In this document: in pieces, positions 1-11,900 of the stretch
How positions within the stretch are numbered: position 1 is the first letter of the stretch
Layout of the letters: every line of letters starts with the position of its first letter
Translations under genes and position numbers: made by a program
Notes under the pieces: model-generated
What the model was told of the DNA's origin: nothing
Database searches by the model: none
Seen by the model: the letters and a program-made list of their open reading frames with translations, nothing else
NCBI RefSeq assembly: GCF_963676685.1
Contig: NC_092348.1
Coordinates: 7,688,001-7,752,000 of the forward strand
Direction of reading: 5' to 3'
DNA: 64,000 bases
Source of the DNA: Mytilus edulis
Lineage: Eukaryota

Positions 1-386
1 TTATTGCAGTAAAAACATTTCTGTGTCATAAACATATGTCTTGGACTTGGGTATTTCAAAACACCATTATTTTTTTATTTGGGATTTCTATACTTTACTC
101 ATGCCAAGTATTCCTTTATTTGAAACAAATATAAATTCTCAAATTTTTTTGAAAAAGTGCAAATTTAACAAAGACTAATAGGGGAAAATCAATGGTGGTA
201 TTACACCTACAAATGATGTTCATGGATGCATGATGGTAGACACTGTTTCAGTAAAGCTTTTTGACTGAATGAGTGTATCACTTATTAGATTCTTAATTAT
301 TTGTTGTTTTAACTTAATCATTTCATAATACATTTGTACATGTATAAAGGTTGGTTTGTTCATTAGATTTTAACATTTCGTTGTAG

Positions 387-3300
387 TTGTCACATCTTGC
401 ATGTCCAAGAGTTCATGTAAATGAAGTTATTACAATTCAACCAGGACCATTTGAGATGAATTGTCACAACAGTGTGGAAACAGTTGTCATAACACCTCCA
501 TGTGCCTACACAGGACCAGGCAATATCAAAATGAGACTGTTCTCAAATCATTGGAGAGAAGGACAGGTTAGTATTCACTGTAACAGTATGGAAACATAAC
601 ACCAACATATGCTAACTCAGGGCCAGACAAAAACCCCAACTAGATCCTTCTTAAATCACTGGAGAGCAGGCATGTCAAAATAAATTGTAAAAGTTTGGAA
701 GCATAAAACCAACAATGCAACATATGCCTCCACAGGGCCAAGGAAAATCCAAATGAGACCCTTTTCAAATCATTTGAAAGAATGACATGTCAGGAAACAT
801 AACACCAACATCTGCCACTGTTTCCATTAATTTTATTTAATTTGTTGTTTCTTTTTTATTACATCAATCATCCCAATTTTTTTTTTAACATCCATATTAT
901 GATCTTGAGTTTAAGGGTATAAGATTTTCAGAAAAAAATTAAACATTTATTTTTCATTACAAATTTTATTAATTACCTTCAGTAGTTGTTACTTTATCAT
1001 ATGGTACAAAAATCATTCCAAAAAAATCATTCCGTGTTGGCCCCAGGTGACTTTTAAAATGTAGATATCATTGAAAAAGCTCCAAATTATCTCCCTTTGG
1101 TGCAAAAATGCCATTTTTTGGCATTAAAATTGAAATATCTTTTTTAACTCATCAGTGACCTTTATTTTTATGCCCCACCTACGATAGTAGAGGGGCATTA
1201 TGTTTTCTGGTCTGTGCGTCCGTTCGTCCGTCCGTCCATTCCTTCGTTCGTTCGTCCGTCTGTCCCGCTTCAGGTTAAAGTTTTTGGTCGCGGTAGTTTT
1301 TAATGAAGTTGAAGTCCAATCGACTTCAAACTTGGTACAAATGTTCCCTATGATATGATCTTTCTAATTTTAATGCCAAATTAGAGCTTTTACCCCAATT
1401 TCACGGTCCACTGAACATAGAAAATGATAGTGCGAGTGGGGCATTCGTGTACTGAGGACACATTCTTGTTTACTGTTGTTTTTGAATAAGCTGTACATTA
1501 ACTAAATAACTGTAAAATTTAAGCGATTTCTGTAATTTAGTTCTTTTTTTATTTCGATATTACCGCTATTTCTCCTATTAGTTCAACAGAAAAAAAGGAC
1601 ATTAACAAAAATGTATGCTTTTTTAGAAGGCAGATTGTGAGCGTAAATGAACGGTGACCCCATTTTTTTATTTCATTTTTCAATAAGGTATAAGATAAAG
1701 TTCATTTATAGAAAAATATAGCGAAATCCTATATTAAATAAAAAAAATGATTTAGACCCGCGAGCCCCCTTAAGCAAAATTTAACCGTTGTTGTTGCTTT
1801 ATTTAGCTATAGAGTGTCAATGTTTAAACATACTTTTTTTTAACAGAAAGTTCCACATACAAAGATGAAGAAGAAACCAAACCCCAAATCTTCAGGATTA
1901 GTTCTACATTGTCATGGTGGAGGATTTGTAGCACAGTCTTCAAGGTCACATGAGGTATAGAACTTGGGCAAAATAAAAACATCCTAAATAAGAAATTAAC
2001 CAGTCCAGGATAAATTTTAGCATCTTTGTTTTATGCAGTTTATGAGGCCGTCCTAAGAAAAGTTATCAGTTCATAATAAATTACACCACTTCTTTAATAA
2101 GCATCTCTGTTTTGTGCAGTTTATGATGCAATCATGACCCTGAATAATGCTTGATACTGACCCTGAAGTCAGTCAACAGAAATCTAACAGGATAGTTATT
2201 ACATGTCACTTTAAGTACCCATTACAACTGCTATTGATAACATAAACAGTACCAATTTAATGCAACAGATGAGCAGGTCAACAAATAATGTCTTCAGTGA
2301 TGCTAGAGGCCAAAATATTTAGATATCTAACATCTAATACAAATGTTGAACTGAAGACAGACTAAACAGGCTGGTCTATGGCAGTCTTTTTTAAGAATTC
2401 ATAAATAATAAATCAATTACTGAAACAGTTAAATCATTCACTATTTATATTTTATGTAGGTAAATATGAAGGACTTACAATAACTGTTCTGCAATATGTG
2501 ATTCGTTGATTGTTTTGTAGGTATATTTGAGGCAATGGGCCAAGGATTTGGATGTACCTATATTATCTATTGTTTTGTAGGTATGTTTGAGACAATGGGC
2601 CAAGGATTTGGATGTACCTATATTATCTATTGTTTTGTAGGTATATTTGAGGCAATGGGCCAAGGATTTGGATGTACCTATATTATCTATTGTTTTGTAG
2701 GTATATTTGAGACAATGGGCCAAGGATTTGGATGTACCTATATTATCTATTGTTTTGTAGGTATATTTGAGACAATGGGCCAAGGATTTGGATGTACCTA
2801 TATTATCTATTGTTTTGTAGGTATATTTGAGACAATGGGCCAAGGATTTGGATGTACCTATATTATCTATTGTTTTGTAGGTATATTTGAGACAATGGGC
2901 CAAGGATTTGGATGTACCTATATTATCTATTGTTTTGTAGGTATATTTGAGGCAATGGGCCAAGGATTTGGATGTACCTATATTATCTATTGTTTTGTAG
3001 GTATATTTGAGACAATGGGCCAAGGATTTGGATGTACCTATATTATCTATTGTTTTGTAGGTATATTTGAGGCAATGGGCCAAGGATTTGGATGTACCTA
3101 TATTATCTATTGTGTTGTAGGTATATTTGAGACAATGGGCCAAGGATTTGGATGTACCTATATTATCTATTGTTTTGTAGGTATATTTGAGGCAATGGGC
3201 CAAGGATTTGGATGTACCTATATTATCTATTGTTTTTTAGGTATATTTGAGACAATGGGCCAAGGATTTGGATGTACCTATATTATCTATTGTTTTGTAG

Positions 3301-6300
3301 GTATATTTGAGACAATGGGCCAAAGATTTGGATGTACCTATATTATCTATTGTTTTGTAGGTATATTTGAGGCAATGGGCCAAGGATTTGGATGTACCTA
3401 TATTATCTATTGTTTTGTAGGTATATTTGAGACAATGGGCCAAAGATTTGGATGTACCTATATTATCTATTGTTTTGTAGGTATATTTGAGACAATGGGC
3501 CAAAGATTTGGATGTACCTATATTATCTATTGTTTTGTAGGTATATTTGAGACAATGGGCCAAGGATTTGGATGTACCTATATTATCTATTGACTATTCA
3601 TTGGCTCCTGAGTACCCTTTCCCTAGAGCTTTAGAAGAATGTTTCTATGCATATGCTTGGGCACTGGAGAATTCAGAGCTTCTAGGTACATATATTACAT
3701 TTTCTAATTATATATATATCAGCTTTATTTCAGAACTGACACATAATATTCTAAATATTTCATCTGGAAAAATATCTTTAAAAAAATATTATCTGCCATT
3801 AGAATAAGATTTTTGAATGATATTGAGTTCTCAAGTATTAAACTGCTGACGTCAAGTTTTCAAAAAAAAAGTCTCAGTATTCTTTCATTTATTGGTCAAC
3901 TCCTTCTATTTTTAGTATTATTGATGTTTAATGGTTGGTTACATTTAAAGACGTGATTCATCTTACATGCAAGTACCTTTATAACATTTTAGGCTGGACA
4001 GGTGAGAGGATATGTTTTGCTGGAGATAGTGCTGGTGGTAACCTGATGATGGCCACAGCAATCAGAGCCGCATCCTTCCAGATCAGGGTACCAGATGGAA
4101 TCATGGCAGCTTATACACCATTCATGGTCAGATATACACCTTCACCATCAAGGATGATGGGATTAATGGATCCCTTACTTCCTATGGGGATACTTACTAG
4201 GTGTTTAGCAGGTAAATAATAACACACAGGATGACGAGAATGAAGGTTTACAATGCACTAGCTTCAGACTTATATTTCATTAAACAATTATAAATGTAAG
4301 GTCTTTTATAAGCAATTATATTGAGAATAACACAGCTCTTAATAGACTGTAGAACCATTAATTTTCATGGGGTTAAAGTTTAGTGGTTTTGTCTGTATTT
4401 AAGATTTCATGGGGATTTAATTTTGTAGTTTCCAGTTAATGCAAGTGATATTATATGTAGGTTAAATTTTCCTGGGGTTTTTAATTTCGTCGATATATTC
4501 TTTTCACAAAATAAATGAAATTAAATTCTCAACGAAAATTTCTGCTTTTTACAATATATAGATTTATGACAAGAGTTATGTTTAACAGTCACTGCTAACT
4601 TTCCTGTATAAAGTTAATTAGTTAAATAAAGGCAACAGAAGTATACCCCTGTTCAATAGTCATAACTTGATTAAGTGAATACAAACTAAAACGAGGGAAA
4701 CACATCAACTATAAAAGGAAAACAACAGAACAACAGAAACACTAACAAAAGCCAAAGTACATAGAAACAGACTATTTGATAAAAACAGTAAACAAAGATG
4801 TGAAAAAAAAGATACATGTATAAGACAAGTTTTTCTCAATATTGATATTTGCTACAGTCAAGTAACAGGAGTCAGTTTCACAAAAAAAATTACGACTAAG
4901 ATTGATCGTAAGTATACTGATTTGTTCAAGACTTATGACTTATCTAAGTTGTAAGATTTTTAGTGAAACCTATTCCAGAACAATACTTAAAATAACAACA
5001 GATGAATGGAGAAATGAGTTTGAATTAAAGATGGTGTTTTGTTGTTTGCATGTTGTGGCATATCATTATGTTTTTATGAAAACAAAACAAGCTTTTTCCG
5101 GAAATATTTGAATCTCAATTTAGATGCCTACTTCCTGTTTTCTTACATTTTGAATTATGAGTTGGTGTATGCTTAGCATGGCATCAGTTGCATTTCTTGT
5201 TTTTATTTGAGATATTAAGTCAAAGAACTAAATTCATTAAGCAACCTACATGATTGCAATAGGAGATAAATTGACAAGCCATGGCATGATACTTTTGTTA
5301 CCATTGTAACCTGTGGCAGTAATCTTAAAAAATAATGAATACTTTGTGACTAAATTGTCATTGATTTCATTTGTTTACAGCATATGCTGGGGTGTCCACA
5401 TGTTTTTCACCAAAAGATGACAAATGGGTTATAGTAGAATACAAGAAGAGTGACCACTCGTTTGAAGATTGTGAAAAATCTACAAAGGGGGATAACTCTC
5501 CAACAGATACTTCAGCATCAAGCTCATTACGTAACTCTGCAATGGATACTTTGACATCTAGTTCTGAAATGGAAAGCAACAGTGGAACGGAATCATGTTT
5601 TGAAGAAGTTGAAATTGACAATGGACAGGTACCGATACCTCCAATAAATGACGAAACTACTGAAAAAGAGGATGTAAAAAGTGAAGAAAGTTTTGAAGTT
5701 TTGACTGTTTCAAAAGAAGCTATAGGAACTCCTGATTCAACGGACTCACAGTTTTCAGTAGAAGATTTTGATTCAGAAGGTGCTGATCATAGTACTTCCC
5801 AGAATGTAAATGTCAATGATTCTGAACAAAATGGTGCTGTAATGGAACTGTCAGAACTAAAAATTGGAACGAACTCTGTAGAAAATGGTTCTGTTAATGA
5901 GCTATCACAGGATAATGTTGTAATGAGTCCTATGGAAGATGGTGCTTTTAATGAACAAACTCTCTCAAAGGATATGATTGGTCAGTCAGATAGTGTTTCT
6001 GGTCAGAGTAACAAACATAAAAAGTTAGCTAGAGTCAGCAAAGGGATTTCAAAACAAGCATCTGTTGATTTACCAAAGGAAGTGTGTCAATCTGTTCCTC
6101 CCCGTCAGAGCATGACATCTCGGTCAAAAACATTTGATTGTGGTGTCCAAGGTGATTCAGATTCCAGTTTTGTTACAAATTGTACTGGAACATTGAACTT
6201 TGTGCCCCTGAGAGCTGCCAAACATCACATTCAACATAGTCCTTTGACAGCATTTCGTCATCTACCTATTGTGAAGAATCCATACATGTCTCCATTGTTA

Positions 6301-7013
6301 GCGTCAGAGGAGTTGTTGAAAGATTTGCCTCCTGTTTATCTTGTCGTAAGTTTATTTCATAGTACAAATTTTTGAAACACTATGATGTTTTGCAAGTAGG
6401 ATACATAGGAAATAAAATTAAAGGAGAAGTATTTTCTTTCCATTGACTCACATCCAATGTAAACAGCCTGGTTCAGGAGTAAGCTGCCATCTAATTCACA
6501 AGTTGTGTTCAATGATTGATCAATAAACTAAAAAATCATGTTCACATATGTTTATACAATTATCATGCATGTCATAGACATACACGTGCAACACACTTCT
6601 GATTAATGGCTGAAACATCAAAAATTGAAAATTTGGTTAAATAAAACTTGAAACAGAATTTTGAGACAGATTAACATATTTTACAAATGATGTCCAACTG
6701 TTTCAATTTTTTTTGTATTTTCTTAATCATGTTAATATTGAATTGTGTATTTGAAATTTCCACACTTACTTGTATACCTAATGATGTCATATTATTAATT
6801 GCACTATTATTCTAATTTTAGGCCTGCCATTTGGATCCTCTTTTGGATGATTCTGTTTCATTTGCTAAAAAGCTGAGAGATCTCAATAAGAAAGTTGACC
6901 TTCACCTTATTGATGATTTACCTCATGGATTTCTAAACTTTTCAATGGTCAGTAAGGAGGCCAGATTAGCATCTGATATATGTGTCAGTAAAATAATGAG
7001 TGTTCTTGGATAA
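387..7013 (+). CDS. LIPE: Hormone-sensitive lipase, 3' portion (6 exons; 5' exons lie upstream of the window)
   Basis: Exons 387-566, 1847-1954, 3541-3685, 3993-4211, 5381-6345, 6822-7013 all have AG/GT boundaries and join in frame (1809 nt including stop). Motifs present: [14 protein letters not shown] (oxyanion), [33 protein letters not shown] (catalytic Ser), LDPLLDDS (Asp) and LPHGFLNF (His). All are characteristic of HSL. Confidence 0.96.
575..815 (+). repeat. Degenerate tandem copies of the 3' end of LIPE exon 387-566, inside the following intron
   Basis: Two ~100-110 bp decayed copies plus a fragment. For example, ATGCCTCCACAGGGCCAAGGAAAATCCAAATGAGACCCTTTTCAAATCATTTGAAAGAATGACATGT matches exon GTGCCTACACAGGACCAGGCAATATCAAAATGAGACTGTTCTCAAATCATTGGAGAGAAGGACAGGT. 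Confidence 0.75.
915..1769. mobile_element. Non-autonomous DNA transposon flanked by TTAA (Kolobok/piggyBac-type target site), host of a nested insertion
   Basis: TTAA at 911-914 and 1770-1773. Ends read GGGTATAAGA... and ...GACCCGCGAGCCCCC, an imperfect TIR with the left end apparently partly deleted. No ORF. Confidence 0.5.
1165..1471 (+). mobile_element. HINE/DINE-1-like non-autonomous (Helentron-associated) element
   Basis: Subterminal inverted repeat ATGCCCCAC (1170) / GTGGGGCAT (~1436), a (CCGT/TCGT)n microsatellite at ~1217-1262, and T-rich flanks. This is the architecture of bivalve HINE-type elements. Confidence 0.7.
2509..3592 (+). repeat. 60-bp tandem array made from the LIPE intron acceptor plus first 52 nt of the exon (17 full units plus the functional copy)
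   Basis: Unit GTATATTTGAGRCAATGGGCCAARGATTTGGATGTACCTATATTATCTATTGTTTTGTAG repeats with exact 60-nt period from 2521 to 3540. The copy starting at 3541 continues into ...SIDYSLAPE. Confidence 0.98.
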
Positions 7014-8349
7014 TCAATGAAGTATGACTGTTCTTTGATGCGAAGGGTTCACAGGAAACCAGTGACATACTCACATAGGACTGTTCCTGAGTGAAAAACC
7101 ATGGCATTGTTGTTAAATATTGTCTTTCACTAATTTATTGTTTAAAAATTGTGATATAAATTGTTGATATTTATGTTATAGTTATTGCCTTATAAAATGG
7201 CACTGTTACATGTAGTCTGTTTAGTGAAGTTAAAATTTAAATTAAATGCACACTTTGTAATTGTTGTGATACATGTACACAGCATTTTATTTTTTTAAGA
7301 AATTTTAAAGTTCTAGAATAAATCACAATAAATTAGATAAAAGAGTTATAAAATTCAAGTTCACTATTTTATTATAACATTTTGGCTCTTAATTTTTTTT
7401 TTTATTTCAAGCTGGTGTTATTTGTCACATCGAGGCAAATTTAGTAGTACATGTACAAAGAGGTTGTATCTGAGATACACTCTCTTGTTACAAAAATGTA
7501 TTAAAATAATCAATGATCTATAAATATTATGTTTTTTTACAGATCTTTTATTTTAAAAGAATATATGCTAAATGTCATGTTAAGTGTAATTGATTACAGA
7601 TCTGAAATTTACTTTAATGATGATATTACATCTATAATACCAGGGTCTTAACTTGGTTTAGATATTTTGAGTTTTCCAGTGTTTTGGCCAAGAAAGCACA
7701 TTAATCAATGGAGAACAAAATTGACCTCTTAACTTCTATTTTATTGTTATCTTTCATATTGTTTTAGGATTCTGAACACAATGAAGCTTTGAACAAATTA
7801 TATACTTTACAAATAAATATGAAATACTACACCAAAAGTTCTGAGTGCAATAACAAAACAGAGCAATGCATGTTATGTATGTTTTGATAATAATATAATG
7901 TCTTCATTGTTAAATTAGTCAAATTGGTGTTCATTTAAAATACTGTTTGAATTGTGTGATTATGAAATATATAATTTAATTTATAAAATGTTTTTTTAAT
8001 GTAAAAATATTTAGGAACACTTCCATGTTGGTAGCCTGCTTACCTTCAAAGACTGTGCTCTACATTGTTAATACAATGCATTAAGTTTGAAGATGGCCAG
8101 TCATACATTAAATATATATATCATTATATAGATATTTACTCAGGTGGAGAGTATAATTTTGTAAACAAATTCATTGAAAATCAAATATATTTTTCCTTCA
8201 ATAAAAAAAATTATGGCCCCTTTTGATATGCCGTAGCAAATATAAGACAAACATAAACTTGAGTTTATATTTCAATGTTGGTCAAAACACATACAAGTTC
8301 TAATAACTTTATGAAATGGAATTCTACTGTCTTATCAATATGTAGGGTT

Positions 8350-8950
8350 TCAGTGTTTAAAAAGCTTGACTTTTGTATTTTTCCCTGCTTTCAGTGTTTT
8401 TAAGAAGCTTGTATTTTGTATTTTCCTGGCTTTCAATATTAAAGAAGCTTGTATTTTGTATTTCTAAGCTTTCAATATTAGTATTAAAGAAGCATGTATT
8501 TTGTATATTCATATATAATGTATTCATAGCTGTCATTGTTTACACAGCTCTTCTTTGGATGCCACTGTTTAAGATGCTTGTATTTTGTATTTTCTCCAGA
8601 TTTCAGTGTAAGCTATGGTTGTAAATTGTATTTTGTATTATCCTAGCTTTACCGGTTAAAAAAGCCTGTATTAATATATTTTTCTATTTTTCAGTATTAA
8701 ATGAGCATGCATTTGTATTTTCCTAGCTTTCAGTGTTAAATGTGTGTATACATGTGTACTTGTGGTTTTGTATTTTTTTAGCTTTCAATGTTGAGGAAGC
8801 TTGTGTTTTGTATTTTTTTTAGCTTTCAATGTTGAGGAAGCTTGTGTTTTGTATTTTTTTAGCTTTCAATGTTGAGGAAGCTTGTGTTTTGTATTTTTTT
8901 AGCTTTCAATGTTGAGGAAGCTTGTGTTTTGTATTTTCCTAATTTTCAGT
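8350..8950. repeat. ~40-bp minisatellite (degenerate 8350-8760, near-perfect 8760-8945) downstream of the LIPE stop
   Basis: Unit GCTTGTGTTTTGTATTTTTTTAGCTTTCAATGTTGAGGAA occurs about 4-5 times near-perfectly, with older diverged units to the left. Confidence 0.9.
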
Positions 8951-11900
8951 GCTGTTTATTATACCTACCTCAACTGAAACAGAGTAAAAAGTGTTCACAC
9001 TATCAATATTAAATATCTCTTTCCTTTGTATTTAAAATTAGCAATACAAGGATAATGTTTAGTATTGATAATTATGTTGTTTCCCTTTTAAGCTCATCTG
9101 GTCCTAGTATGAGCCAATGTCCTTACTAGTTGTCTATTGTCTTTTTGCATCATCCTTCATCTGCTAACTAAAAAAATGTTCTCGGAAACCACAGGACCAA
9201 TTCAAACCAAACTTGGCCACAATCATTATTTGAGTATGTAAGTAAATAAAAGGTGTGTCTGATTATGATTCCTGTTAGCTAACATGGCTAAAGATAGAAC
9301 AAAAGGTTAAAATGCAACAATTTTTATTATCAAATTAATCTTATAAATAGAGATTATTATTCAAAAGTAGAAATGTTTGGAATGACAATGTCAAGATTTA
9401 CTTACTGTTTATTTTAATAAGTTTTTTTAAAGGAGCGATTGCTGTTAAATGACAAATTTTAATTAGATTTTTCGAAGGTCTTTCAGCAGCCAATAGCTAT
9501 TGTGAATTAATTTATGAAGTTTTCAACCAATGCTTTTCAAATTTTCTATTGATAACAAAAAGAAGGTCAAATTTGACATTTTCTATTTCCACTTTTACTG
9601 TTCAGCACATACGATCTTGGATAGATTTAACAACAAGGACAGAACTTAGCAAATCAAGTAGCAAGCCAAAAATTGTCATACATAAGAATAGATCAATGTC
9701 CTATTAAGGTCAACCATGGTTACATTTATTCTAAATTGGTATTTGGGATGTGCACACTGTCATGGTGCTAATTTATTTCAATGAGCATATCTTAAGTTTC
9801 TTCCACTGATGATGATGTTTGTAATCATTTAATATAGTTTGTGTTGTTAACAAGATATATTAAAGAGGAAGTTCAAAAAGATTCAGATCTAAATAATGAC
9901 AGAGTATAAACATTGAAACAAACTGCCTTTCCTTTTCCTATCAATTGCTAATTTACTTCACCTGATAATATCTATCTACCCTTTATATTATCTGCAAAAG
10001 GCATATTGTACTTAAAGTTTACTATTTTTACATATAGGTTTAAACACTGCCTCATTGACCATTATAGTTTTTGATAAAATTAAACATGTTCCCATTTCAT
10101 CAGTTATGATAATACTGTAAATTCAGTTTTTTGCTGTCATTATAATTATTCCTGTTCAACAACAGACAAAAGTGTTAGATTCAAGTATTATGATTTTACG
10201 AAAGGCTTTATTCAAATTATGCTGTTCAAATACCTGTTGTGTTGCCATTTTTGCAAAACCAAAAAACAAAAATTACTGAATTTACAGTTTTATTATTAAA
10301 AATACCCAACATTTCCATTTTGTATGATTTTTGGCAGTTAGCCTAAGAAGCTTAATGTTTATATTGTATTGGTTATTGCTTGTAGGTTAATTTCTTGAAG
10401 TAACAGAAACCTTTGTTTTTATCTCGCTGTGAGTTATTCCAAGGTTAATATATACAATGCATGTGTTATGAATTCATGGAGAAATGTTTGCTCATTGTTT
10501 TGCCAATCATTGCCATACACAATTGTCTACCATTTTATCAGTGCTGTCTATTGTCTTCCTTAGTACAATATTAATTTTAATTTGTTCAGTTTTACCATAA
10601 TTTTAATTTTGTAACTTGATTCAAACCTCCCCCTATATAGCTCAATCATTGCCAGACTTACAAATCTGTAACCATATCAGTGCTTTCCAATTGTCTTCCC
10701 CAAAACAACTTGAATAGTAATTCATTCATATTACAAATTTCTTTAAAAACAATTTTATATTGTAGCTTCCTGTGATTTTTAACCAAACCCCCTTTTTTCT
10801 TTGTAATGGGTGTAGATATTGAGCTGGTTTTGATTATAAGGTTATAGATATATAATGTATAATGGTTAGTCGAAAATCAAGTTTGCATATGAATTGACAT
10901 CATTATGACCCTTTGAAAATTGTACCTGTCTGAACCTTTTGGTTGTATATTAATGCTGTTGATTACATACTTTTGACTACAGAGTTCTTCCAGTCATTCC
11001 ACAGGATTGAGCTTTGTTGATGTGGATAGCATACTTTTCAGTATGAAGTTTATTTCTCCACAATACAGGCCAATAGTTTGATCTGTTGTGAAAAAATGTT
11101 GATCATAATTTTTCATTGTTTTTTTACTTAACATGATATTTGTATCATGTTGGATATATATGCATCATTGCCGCCATATTTTTGGGGTGTTCATGACAAA
11201 AATGTAACATGCCTCAATGGTTATTTAAAAATTCCACTCGAGTCGGATAAAACCTAGTCATGCATTACATTTTTTATAATATCCTAAAATAAATGAAACG
11301 ATTTTTGATGCAATTAAAAGCAAAAGCAATATGACACGAAAATAGAAACACTACAATATACCAGAATATTTTCATACCATATTATTCATTGGATGTTTTT
11401 AAAGGTTTTTACATTTTTATGGATAATGATATTTATTTAATGTATAAATAAGATATATATGAATGAGGTCAGAAAAGCAGTGAATATTTTCTGGTCTTTA
11501 ATTTCTCCCATGTGCAATTACTAGTTAAATGTATACCATATTTTGATTAATTACAATATGTTGATTATAAGTATTGTTTAATTTGTTATATCATTTTTAT
11601 GTTGACTTTTCACTTGTGTTCTGAACAAAACTGGATTGCAGTAGCAAATTCAGAAATCATTATTTCTGAGGAATTCATTTTTAAAAATAATGCAAATAAT
11701 AATAAAAAAATTATATAAAATGTTGTTTTGTAGTTTGTCCCTATCAAAATATGTTCCCTTCAATTGTTGTTCTGCTCTGCAGTAATTATCATGTTGACCA
11801 AAGCAATTTCCAGGAATTTAGATTTAATGACAGTCATTTGATTCATGGGATGTTGTATTAAATTTCAGAGGAATCATTTGGAACAGTTTACAAAAATTTC

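Noticed and set aside
2521-3540. CRISPR-like regular repeat (also 60737-61208)
   Set aside because: No unique spacers and no cas genes; eukaryotic context. These are plain tandem repeats.
2475-3593. Long ORFs of 242, 352 and 108 aa
   Set aside because: They are stop-free frames of the 60-bp array. The biologically relevant LIPE frame has a TAG in every unit.
7014-11720. Very long LIPE 3' UTR
   Set aside because: Plausible given the low transposon content, but there are several AATAAA candidates and no transcript evidence.
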